Shown here piece by piece: positions 38,831-47,393 of a stretch of 64,000 bases of DNA; the stretch's first letter is position 1; each line of letters opens with the position of its first letter. The notes beneath the pieces were generated by a model. That model did no database searches, had not been told where the DNA came from, and saw only the letters and a list, made by a program, of their open reading frames with translations. The position numbers were made by a program, and so were the translations under genes. The DNA is from an uncultured Bacillales bacterium (GTDB taxonomy: Bacteria; Bacillota_I; Bacilli_A; RF39; UBA660), in the NCBI GenBank assembly GCA_946412015.1, contig CAMKGA010000004.1, positions 3,858 through 67,857 on the forward strand. Reading direction: 5' to 3'.

Positions 38831-39724
38831 ATGATAATGAAATATGGAAATATTAATAATACAGAAAGAAAGTTTATTTCTACAAACATAGTATATTTAA
38901 ATAACTATTTAGAAAGATTAGAAATTATAGAGGATGTTAACATTATTCAAACATTTTATAAAGAATATAAATATAGAAAATATATAACATCAAATGGGTA
39001 TGAATACACAAAAAATCTTAAAGTAAATAATATAACTATTGTAAACAAAATTGATGAAAAAGAATTTAACAAAATTTTATGCATAACAAAAAAATGTATA
39101 AAAAAGCGAAGAAGAACTTACATAGATAATAATTATCAAATTGATGTTGATGATTTTTTAGCGCCTAATAAATTTACTATGGTCGAAGTATCAAATGACA
39201 ATTTAGATGAATATAAAATACCTAAAGGATTGGTTGATGTAACAAATATAAATGGATACCAAAATAAAGAAATATATAATGGATTTATAAAAAAGGTAGG
39301 AATAATTATAGAAGGAACAGATGCTGTTGGTAAATCATTAACACTTAAAGGATTATTAAAAGAAGGTATAGTATGTAAGGATAGAGAATCTAAAGTGATA
39401 TCTGTTAATATGTTATTTGAAATTCCTATGGAAGAAAGAGCAAAAAAATATGAAGACTTTTTAATAAATAATGATGATCTATTGCTGTTCTTAATTAATA
39501 ATGATAAAGAAGAATTATTAAGAAGGGTATATTCAAGGGGCAATATATCAGATTTTGATTTAGATACATATGAATACAACAAATTATACAAAAAAACATA
39601 TGAATATATGCGAGCTAATAATATGTTACATGATAAGCTTCATTGTGTTGATTGTACAGGATTAGATGTAAATAAACAATTGGTAAAAGTTAAAAAGGTA
39701 ATTGATAAGTATGCCAAATATTAG
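38831..39724 (+). CDS. P-loop nucleoside/nicotinamide-riboside kinase-like protein
   Basis: Walker A GTDAVGKS in the C-terminal half; adjacent to the PnuC-like transporter (NadR-RNK-like context). Confidence 0.4.
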   Translation: MIMKYGNINNTERKFISTNIVYLNNYLERLEIIEDVNIIQTFYKEYKYRKYITSNGYEYTKNLKVNNITIVNKIDEKEFNKILCITKKCIKKRRRTYIDNNYQIDVDDFLAPNKFTMVEVSNDNLDEYKIPKGLVDVTNINGYQNKEIYNGFIKKVGIIIEGTDAVGKSLTLKGLLKEGIVCKDRESKVISVNMLFEIPMEERAKKYEDFLINNDDLLLFLINNDKEELLRRVYSRGNISDFDLDTYEYNKLYKKTYEYMRANNMLHDKLHCVDCTGLDVNKQLVKVKKVIDKYAKY

Positions 39725-40292
39725 TGCACATATGATTGTTGCTAAAGAAGTAGCTAAAAGGTTAAATATTAATAGTGATGAATTTATAAAAGGAAACCTA
39801 CTTCCTGATATTATAGATATGGAAGATAGTCACCACAAAGTACAAAATGGTGTTTATATGGTACCTGATATAGAATATTTTTTACAAAACTTGGATTTTA
39901 GTAAAGATTTAAATATTGGCTATCTTACACACTTGCTTTTAGATAAGTATTATTTAAGTGATTATTTGGGGTCTTTATATCCTAATACAAATATATTCTT
40001 AGATGGTACTATTTACAAAGATTATGATTATTTAAACTTTCTACTTGTTGATAGATATGGATTAAATATTGATAAATTAGAAAACATATTAAGTCAGTAT
40101 GATTGCAAAATTTTAGAAGAAAAGTTAAAATATAATATAGAATGTTTAAAGCAAAAGAAAGCCGAGAAAACTAAATATCTGAATTTTGAGAGCTTTGCTA
40201 GCTTTCTTTTAGAAATTTCGGATACTATTAGTAAGGAGTTGTTAGATTATGCAAATAAATCTAGTAAGTTGTATATTCGTATTAGACAGTGA
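39702..40292 (+). CDS. hypothetical protein
   Basis: ORF only; overlaps the next gene by 44 nt. Confidence 0.25.
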   Translation: MISMPNISAHMIVAKEVAKRLNINSDEFIKGNLLPDIIDMEDSHHKVQNGVYMVPDIEYFLQNLDFSKDLNIGYLTHLLLDKYYLSDYLGSLYPNTNIFLDGTIYKDYDYLNFLLVDRYGLNIDKLENILSQYDCKILEEKLKYNIECLKQKKAEKTKYLNFESFASFLLEISDTISKELLDYANKSSKLYIRIRQ

Positions 40293-40962
40293 AAAAAATG
40301 ATAATATTAGAAAAAATGACGTAAAAAAATTAAAAGTGTTAGTTAATAACAATAATGAATTGCCAACAATTAGCATTGAAGGTAATGAGATAAAAAAGCA
40401 GGTTAGAAAGAGCATTTCTAGTATTATAGGTAGCAATATTTTTCATTTAGAACAAGTATATACTATGGATTATAAAAGTGATATAGATATAATCTATTTA
40501 GGTGTGACAAATATTGATAATATAAGTGAATTAAAAGAAGATTATAAACTTGTAGATTTTGAAATTAAAGATAATAGCTTAATTATTTTAGATAATAAAG
40601 AATATGAATATAAAACTATTGAATTAGAAGATAACAATAATATTGAATATATACATGATATAAAAATAAAAGATGAGCAAGTTAAGAGAACATTAATGAA
40701 TTTATTAATAAGTTATAAGCGTATTAGAAATAATATTGATAGTACTGATATTATATTTAAGTTTATGGGTTCTAGTTTCACTTTAGAAGATGTTAGAATT
40801 GTATATGAATTAATAAAAGATTGTAGTGTAGATAAGTCTAATTTTAGAAAAAAAATTATTAAATATTGTGAAAAAGTTGATTCTACCACAAATGAAAAAA
40901 ACGGATATAGGCCAAGTCAAAGATATAAATTTAAACCTTTAAAAGGAGATGTATGGTTATGA
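40249..40962 (+). CDS. NrtR-like regulator (degenerate Nudix N-domain + C-terminal winged-helix)
   Basis: The C-terminal SFTLEDVRIVYELIKD...DKSNFRKKIIKY...GYRPSQRYKFKP matches the NrtR winged-helix domain pattern. Next to NAD/nucleoside salvage genes. Confidence 0.45.
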   Translation: MQINLVSCIFVLDSEKNDNIRKNDVKKLKVLVNNNNELPTISIEGNEIKKQVRKSISSIIGSNIFHLEQVYTMDYKSDIDIIYLGVTNIDNISELKEDYKLVDFEIKDNSLIILDNKEYEYKTIELEDNNNIEYIHDIKIKDEQVKRTLMNLLISYKRIRNNIDSTDIIFKFMGSSFTLEDVRIVYELIKDCSVDKSNFRKKIIKYCEKVDSTTNEKNGYRPSQRYKFKPLKGDVWL

Positions 40963-41534
40963 TTTTAGCAACAAATAATAAAGGCAAATTAGAAGAAATA
41001 AGAAAAATATTAACAGATTATAAGATATATTCTTTAAAAGATAAAAACATAAATGTCGATGTTGAAGAAGATAAAGATTCATTTTTAGGTAATGCAATGA
41101 AGAAAGCAAAAGAAATATATGAAATTTCTCATGAAGAAACTATTGCTGATGATTCTGGATTATGTATTAATTGTTTAGATGGTTTTCCTGGAGTTATGAC
41201 ACATAGATTTTTAGGCGATGATGCTACTGATAGAATGAGAAATGAGTATTTAATCAATGAAGTAAATAAATATGAAGATAGAAGTGCTCAAGTAGTATGC
41301 AATCTAGTTTACTATGATGGAGAAAAAGAAATAGTTGGTGAAGGAGTACTGAATGGATTTATTTCTACAGAATGTAGAGGAAATAATGGCTTTGGATTTG
41401 ATGAAATATTTGAACTGCCAAATGGGTTAACTCTAGCAGAACTTTCCTTTGAAGAAAAGAATAGAATTAGTGCTCGTAGTATAGCTATAAATGCTTTAAA
41501 AAAGAAATTAATTAAATATAAAAGCAATAAATAG
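40953..41534 (+). CDS. rdgB: non-canonical purine NTP pyrophosphatase (RdgB/Ham1, dITP/XTPase)
   Basis: MILATNNKGKLEEI start and Ham1 family motifs, 193 aa. Confidence 0.85.
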   Translation: MVMILATNNKGKLEEIRKILTDYKIYSLKDKNINVDVEEDKDSFLGNAMKKAKEIYEISHEETIADDSGLCINCLDGFPGVMTHRFLGDDATDRMRNEYLINEVNKYEDRSAQVVCNLVYYDGEKEIVGEGVLNGFISTECRGNNGFGFDEIFELPNGLTLAELSFEEKNRISARSIAINALKKKLIKYKSNK

Positions 41535-41553
41535 AGTATATTTATATCAACGT

Positions 41554-41653
41554 GAAAGGTAACATAATTGAATATTTGTCAATAAGAAGTTAATTGGGGT
41601 TATATTTTTATGAATTGAAAAGAAGTGTAAATACTATGTTGTACACTTTTTTT
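41554..41653 (+). repeat. ~100-bp intergenic repeat element, copy 2
   Basis: See 37533..37631. Confidence 0.6.
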
Positions 41654-41685
41654 TAATTCGAATATAATAATTTAGGAGTGATAAT

Positions 41686-41982
41686 ATGGCAAATATAGTT
41701 ATTGATGCAGGACATGGAGGTACTGATTCTGGTGCTGTTGGAAATGGTATTATCGAAAAAGATTTAACACTTAAAATATCTAAATATATGGCTGATAGAT
41801 TAAAGCAACTTGGAGCTAATGTTACTTTGACAAGAGATACTGATGAAACATTAACACCCGATGAAAGGGTAAAAAGAGTATTAAATGCATATGGTAACAA
41901 TAAAGATGTTTTAGTTATTTCTAATCACATAAATGCTGGAGGTCCTGATACAAGTAATTATGAATGGTTAAATTTAATATAA
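41686..41982 (+). pseudogene. N-acetylmuramoyl-L-alanine amidase (Amidase_3, CwlD/endolysin-like) N-terminal fragment only
   Basis: MANIVIDAGHGGTDSGAVG...LVISNHINAGG is the first ~85 aa of Amidase_3. The ORF then diverges and stops (98 aa versus ~180-aa domain), so it is truncated at ~41945. Confidence 0.55.
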
Positions 41983-42064
41983 TAAATATCTAATAATGAA
42001 ACAATTAAAATTGTTTGAGATAAAGAACAAGAAAAAAATTGTAATGAGAAAGAGGTGATTGATT

Positions 42065-42613
42065 ATGGATTTAAAAATAATATATTATGTACATGGTACA
42101 ACATTTGATAATGCATCTAAAAAATGTAGTGGTTGGAAACAAGTAGAATTGAATGATTTAGGAAAAGAACAAGCAATTAATTTAGGAAAAAATACACCAT
42201 ATAAATTCGATGTATTATTTACATCAGACTTGATAAGAGCAAAGGAATCGGCAAAATTAGCTTTTCCAAAGTTTCAAGTAATTGAAGACAAAAGGCTTAG
42301 AGAATGTAATTATGGAGATTTAGATGGTGAAGATAAAAATCAAATTATATATGAAGACCATATAAATAATCCATTTCCAAACGGAGAATCTTTAAAAGAT
42401 GTAGAAAAAAGACTTAGAGATTTTTTTAAGTATGTAAAAGAAAATTACAAAGATAAAACTATAGGAATTATAGCTCATAGAGCCCCTCAATTAGCAATCG
42501 AGGTTATTACAAAGAATATATCTTGGGAAGAAGCTAATGCTAATGATTGGAGAAAAACAGGTGCTTGGCAGCCAGGTTGGGAATATTGTTTAAAAAAATC
42601 TGATTTATTTTAA
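42065..42613 (+). CDS. histidine phosphatase family protein (phosphoglycerate mutase-like)
   Basis: The start (IYYVHGTTFDNASKKCSGW) and the overall histidine-phosphatase (branch 1) pattern; ATG 42065 with RBS agaggtga. Confidence 0.65.
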   Translation: MDLKIIYYVHGTTFDNASKKCSGWKQVELNDLGKEQAINLGKNTPYKFDVLFTSDLIRAKESAKLAFPKFQVIEDKRLRECNYGDLDGEDKNQIIYEDHINNPFPNGESLKDVEKRLRDFFKYVKENYKDKTIGIIAHRAPQLAIEVITKNISWEEANANDWRKTGAWQPGWEYCLKKSDLF

Positions 42614-44263
42614 GAAATTTTTTCCTTTTCTCCCGTATGGGTTACGAACTCTATTATCTTTATATTTAAAAGTATGGTTATCTAGAATATTGTATTTAAG
42701 TTTAATAATTATATTTCTATCTTTGTCTGCTTCAATTCTTTCTATTAGAGCAAATAATAAATTTTTATTAGGGTTGTTTAAGTTTAACAACTTTTTTATT
42801 TTGTCTTCATAGTTTAGATATTTATCAGTATTATCTTTTTCATTTTGAATTTCATTATTAATATCTTCTAAAATATTATTTAAATCTTTTAATTTATCTT
42901 CATATGGCTTTGATAATATTTTATATTGATTAGGCGTAATATTACCTTCTAAACGGTCTTTATATATAGTTTGAATAGTGTCTAATAATTTGTTTTGTTC
43001 TTTAATAATACCTTCTTTTCTTTTTTTATAATCGTTAGAATTATTCTTAGTTCTTTTAATAACTTCTTCATTTAATTCTTTTATGTTTAAATTAAGAAAT
43101 AATTTAGATAGTATTTTTTTTAGTTCTTTTAAAACTAATTCTTCAAAATAATCATATGAAAAAAAGTGCGATGTGCATAATTTTCTAACTGGGTCTCTAG
43201 CATACTTATTACAATTAATACACCAGTAGTCTTGCTTTTTTCTATAAAGTACACTAAGTCTATTTCCACATTCATGACAAAATAATAATCCTTCTAATAA
43301 TCTTTCAGGTCTTTTTCTTTTAGAATAAGATCTATTTTTATTATTTGTTTTTTTATTAATTAACATAAATGTATTTTTGTCTACTAATGCTTCATGTGTA
43401 CCTTCAACAATTATCCATAATCTTTTATCTAAAGTAATTCTTTTTTTCGATTTATAATTTATATTTGTCTGAGTACGTTGTACCATGTCACCAGTATACA
43501 TTCTGTTTTGTAATATATTATGAATTGAATGTATTGTCCATTTATTATTATTTTTATTTCGATTAGAAATAGGCAAGTTTTTATAATCTGCAGGAGTTGG
43601 TGCACCCATATTAGTTAATTTAGTTGCTATTTCACTAATTTTTATGTTATTTGCTCTTAGTTCAAATATTATTTTTACATATTTAGCTACTTGAGGATCA
43701 GGTATCAAATGTCCTTTATCATTTGGGTCTCTCATATATCCATAACAAGGTTTGCTACCTATAAATTTACCATCTTTTCGTTTTAAATCTAATACATTTC
43801 TAATTTTTAATGAGTTTTGTTTACTATAGTAATCATTGCACGCAATTATAAATGTTGATGAATCGTTACTAGCTTGATCCTTTATGCTATCGTAATTTTC
43901 TACAATCGATATAAATCTTACTTTGTTTTCTGGGAAATACTTTTCAATGTAATATCCTGTCATTACATGGTCTCTACCTAATCTTGATAAATCTTTTACA
44001 ATAACTAAATTAATTGTTTTGTTTTTTATATCTTCTATCATTTTATTAAATCCAGGTCTATTGAAATTAGTGCCAGAATACCCATCATCTATATATTCTT
44101 TAATTAATTTAAAGCTGTTCTTTTTACAGTAAGTACGCAGTATATTTTTTTGATTTATTACGCTTTCACTATCTAATTCGTGCTTCTTGTCTTTATCTTC
44201 TTGTGATAATCTTATATAAATACCAGCGTTATAATCTGAGTCTAGTAAGCAGCTATAATTCAT
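42605..44263 (-). CDS. large serine recombinase (TnpX/TndX/SpoIVCA-like)
   Basis: N-terminal resolvase catalytic domain YNAGIYIRLSQED...DDGYSGTNFNRPGF...VIVKDLSRLGRD, recombinase domain, and a C-terminal zinc-ribbon (CHECG...C) with coiled-coil, ~550 aa. Confidence 0.9.
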   Translation of the reverse strand: MNYSCLLDSDYNAGIYIRLSQEDKDKKHELDSESVINQKNILRTYCKKNSFKLIKEYIDDGYSGTNFNRPGFNKMIEDIKNKTINLVIVKDLSRLGRDHVMTGYYIEKYFPENKVRFISIVENYDSIKDQASNDSSTFIIACNDYYSKQNSLKIRNVLDLKRKDGKFIGSKPCYGYMRDPNDKGHLIPDPQVAKYVKIIFELRANNIKISEIATKLTNMGAPTPADYKNLPISNRNKNNNKWTIHSIHNILQNRMYTGDMVQRTQTNINYKSKKRITLDKRLWIIVEGTHEALVDKNTFMLINKKTNNKNRSYSKRKRPERLLEGLLFCHECGNRLSVLYRKKQDYWCINCNKYARDPVRKLCTSHFFSYDYFEELVLKELKKILSKLFLNLNIKELNEEVIKRTKNNSNDYKKRKEGIIKEQNKLLDTIQTIYKDRLEGNITPNQYKILSKPYEDKLKDLNNILEDINNEIQNEKDNTDKYLNYEDKIKKLLNLNNPNKNLLFALIERIEADKDRNIIIKLKYNILDNHTFKYKDNRVRNPYGRKGKNFLK

Positions 44264-44540
44264 ATTTATTACCTTCCTTATCATACTATCTTTTAGTAAT
44301 TAATTCTTTTATCAAATAGTTAATAATGATTTCAGTAAATAATTTTTCCTTATTTTTATTCATATTTTAATTTATGATTTATATTTTTATATTATTCTTT
44401 TTTCTTCATAATTGGTCTATATTTACACAACTACAGTTTGTCTAAAAATGTTGTTTTTTATATAGATTTATGGTATACTCGAATAGTAAAGTAGTAAATC
44501 ATAAAAAACCTTTACGATGTATCATAAAGGAGGTGGAAAA

Positions 44541-45089
44541 ATGAAAGGGGATAAGAAAATTCTAGTAGCTGCCATTTTAGTTTTACTATTAGCAGTATGC
44601 TTTGGAACATATGCTATTTATAGAGCAACTGGAAATGCAACTGGTAGTATTAAAGCTGCAACTTGGTCTGTTAAAGTAAAAGATACTGATATTGCTTCAA
44701 CAAACTATACTTTTGGTGCGGATGATATTACTTGGACTACATTAACTGGTTATAATCATACAATCGCACCAGGATCAGAAGGATATATTGAAATTCCTGT
44801 TGATGCTACTGGATCTGAAGTAGATGTAGTTCTTACTGCAACATTAGGTTCAACTAATCTTCCAAATGGAATGACTGCAACTCTTGCTAGTGGTAGCGAT
44901 TCACAAACAATTGCTTATTCTGAAACTGAAGGTGCAATGAAAAAAAAGGTAAGAATTAATATTGCATGGGCTGGAGCTGAATCAGATACTGCAGAAAAAG
45001 ATGGTACTGACTTAGCAGCTAAAGGTACAACTTTAAGTATTCCAGTAACATTAACTGCTAAACAATCATTAACTCATCATAATCCATAA
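44541..45089 (+). CDS. TasA/camelysin-like secreted fibre protein with SipW-cognate-type signal peptide
   Basis: N-terminal KKILVAAILVLLLAVCFGTYAIYRATGN resembles SipW-cognate signals (…GGTYAYF…). Thr/Ser-rich beta-type body; encoded in an operon with sipW. Confidence 0.5.
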   Translation: MKGDKKILVAAILVLLLAVCFGTYAIYRATGNATGSIKAATWSVKVKDTDIASTNYTFGADDITWTTLTGYNHTIAPGSEGYIEIPVDATGSEVDVVLTATLGSTNLPNGMTATLASGSDSQTIAYSETEGAMKKKVRINIAWAGAESDTAEKDGTDLAAKGTTLSIPVTLTAKQSLTHHNP

Positions 45090-45194
45090 GAGCAGTAAAA
45101 ATAAGAAAAGAATAATACATATTATTCTTTTGTTTAAAGTTTATAAGTAATTGTAGATTTTAACCAGAAGAATAATTTTTAGGAAGTGAAACAA

Positions 45195-46412
45195 ATGTCT
45201 AAACAAGAAAAAAATAATGATAGTAATATAATAAATAGAGTAATTCAAGTGATATTAATAATTATAATTATTATTTTGTTATTACATAACTGTTCTTTAA
45301 TTAAGAAGAAAAATGGTAAGGGGAATACTATTGATATAAAATGTGATGATGGTAAGTGCAGTAAAGATGATAAAATGATAGATTGTTTGTACGATGATGA
45401 AAATAGTAAATGCTTAGTTCCTAATTTTGTAGGGAAAAGTAAAAAAGATGTTTTAAAATGGCTTAGTTTATTATCAAATAATATTGATGTTGAGTTTAAA
45501 CTAGTAGAAAATCCTAATTATAAAGATGTAGTTGTTTTAGAACAATCAATTGTAGGAAAAAGTGTTAAAGAACTAATTAAAGGTAGAAAAAAAAATGTAA
45601 TTACAATTGTAAATAATGGTTCACTTGTAGATTGTAATAAAGATAGTCAAAATGATAAATGTACATTACCAAATTTTATAGATAAGAAAATAAGCAATGT
45701 AGAAAAATGGCTTGATAGTATTGCAAATAATGTAAAAATAAAATATGTTTATGTTGATTCTGATAAAATGGCAGGAACAATTGTTAATCAATCTATAAAA
45801 GGTGGCGCACCTATTAAAGAACTCATAAATAGTGACGAGGTAATAATTATTTATATTTCTAAAGGAAGTAAAAATAATAAATCTAATAACAGTAATAATA
45901 GCAATCAAGGTAGTAGTAATATACCGGAATCTAATCCAAGTTCAGATTCTGAAACAGAACCAGAGTTAGAAGATGACTTTTATGTTAGTGATAATGATAA
46001 AGTAAAATGGCATGATGACGTGAATTTAAATGTTTTTGAAGATTCATTGAAGATATCTAAAGTTAACGGAAAAATTGCTCCTGAAAGTACTGGAACTTAT
46101 AAATTCACGGTTAATAATGGAACTAAATATAATTTAAAATATAAAATTTCCTTTAATGAAGAAAATGAATATAATATGAATATAAAATATAAACTAAAAA
46201 AAGGAAATACATATTTAGTAGATGAATATGTTTCATATAATCAATTAAGTATAAATAATATGACATTAAACAGTACTAAGTCTGAGACATATTATTTGGA
46301 ATGGAAATGGGTTGGAGATAACGATTTAAATGATACTGCTATTGGTAATAGTGCTAAAAATAGTGATATTAAATATAGTTTAAAAATAAATGTAGAGGCA
46401 GAGAGTATATAA
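45195..46412 (+). CDS. membrane-anchored protein with two PASTA-like domains and C-terminal domain of unknown function
   Basis: N-terminal TM; two ~65-aa units (LVPNFVGKSKKDVLKWL...VLEQSIVGKSVKEL...VNNG and LPNFIDKKISNVEKWL...VNQSIKGGAPIKEL...SKG) fit the PASTA pattern. Confidence 0.4.
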   Translation: MSKQEKNNDSNIINRVIQVILIIIIIILLLHNCSLIKKKNGKGNTIDIKCDDGKCSKDDKMIDCLYDDENSKCLVPNFVGKSKKDVLKWLSLLSNNIDVEFKLVENPNYKDVVVLEQSIVGKSVKELIKGRKKNVITIVNNGSLVDCNKDSQNDKCTLPNFIDKKISNVEKWLDSIANNVKIKYVYVDSDKMAGTIVNQSIKGGAPIKELINSDEVIIIYISKGSKNNKSNNSNNSNQGSSNIPESNPSSDSETEPELEDDFYVSDNDKVKWHDDVNLNVFEDSLKISKVNGKIAPESTGTYKFTVNNGTKYNLKYKISFNEENEYNMNIKYKLKKGNTYLVDEYVSYNQLSINNMTLNSTKSETYYLEWKWVGDNDLNDTAIGNSAKNSDIKYSLKINVEAESI

Positions 46413-46861
46413 TGAATAAAGTATTTAAAATAATATTTGATGTTATATTTATTATTTCTATTATTATATTAGGACTATATTTTTTATTAAGATTATTAAA
46501 GATAGCTGAAATATATGAAGTTAAAACAGGCTCTATGGAAGATGATATTCATGTTGGTGATTATATATTAATTATAAAAAAAAGTGACTATAAAGTAAGA
46601 GATGTAGTTACATATGAAAAAGATGGATACTATGTTACTCATAGAATTATAAAGAAAAATAAAAATAAAGTTATTACTAAAGGTGATGCTAATAACGTTG
46701 CAGATGAAGAGATAAAAGTATCTAGTATAGTCGGAAAAGTAATATATCATGGAGGAATATTAAATTTCTTAATAAACTTTAAATATTTTATAGTTTGTGG
46801 ATTATTAGGATTATATTTATTAAGTACATTTTTTAATAAAAAGATAAAAGAACAGGAGTAA
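46412..46861 (+). CDS. sipW: signal peptidase I, SipW type (S26B, ER/archaeal-like)
   Basis: VKTGSMEDDIHVGDYILI...VTHRI...VITKGDANNVADEE...GKV matches SipW-type peptidases; N- and C-terminal TM. Confidence 0.75.
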   Translation: MNKVFKIIFDVIFIISIIILGLYFLLRLLKIAEIYEVKTGSMEDDIHVGDYILIIKKSDYKVRDVVTYEKDGYYVTHRIIKKNKNKVITKGDANNVADEEIKVSSIVGKVIYHGGILNFLINFKYFIVCGLLGLYLLSTFFNKKIKEQE

Positions 46862-46883
46862 AAAAAGTGAAAGGAGTATTGAT

Positions 46884-47360
46884 ATGAAAAATAAGATAAT
46901 AAAATCAATGTTATTGATTGTAGGAATATCACTTGTTTTTTATGCAGTACATACTTTTGCTTTAATGAGAGCTAGCGGTTCTGTTAATGGCTCAATTAAT
47001 ACATCTACATGGAGTGTAACAAGAAATCATAGTCAGAGTGGAGATTCAATAAATGTATATAAGGGTGGAGCTACAGATAGTTATACATTAACAGTTCAAA
47101 GTAATTCGCAAGTTGATGTTTTATATAAAATTATTATTAGTAATTTACCCTCTGGTGTTGAAGTAGATATTGATAATACCGGTTATCTAACTCCAACGGC
47201 TAGTGGAACTTTAACAATAGAAAATGCCAATACTGTTATAAATTATGGCGATTCGACAAAAACAAAAACGCATATTTTAACATTTAGAGCTACTAATGGC
47301 GCACAATTGGTAACAAATCAAAAAATAGATATTGATGTAGAATTTAGACAAGGGATTTAA
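46884..47360 (+). CDS. TasA/camelysin-like secreted protein, second paralog
   Basis: N-terminal TM plus ALMRASGSVNGSINTSTWSV, similar to the 44541 protein (…TGNATGSIKAATWSV). Confidence 0.5.
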   Translation: MKNKIIKSMLLIVGISLVFYAVHTFALMRASGSVNGSINTSTWSVTRNHSQSGDSINVYKGGATDSYTLTVQSNSQVDVLYKIIISNLPSGVEVDIDNTGYLTPTASGTLTIENANTVINYGDSTKTKTHILTFRATNGAQLVTNQKIDIDVEFRQGI

Positions 47361-47393
47361 TAAAAAAATAGAAAAAGGAAGTGAGGTATAGAT

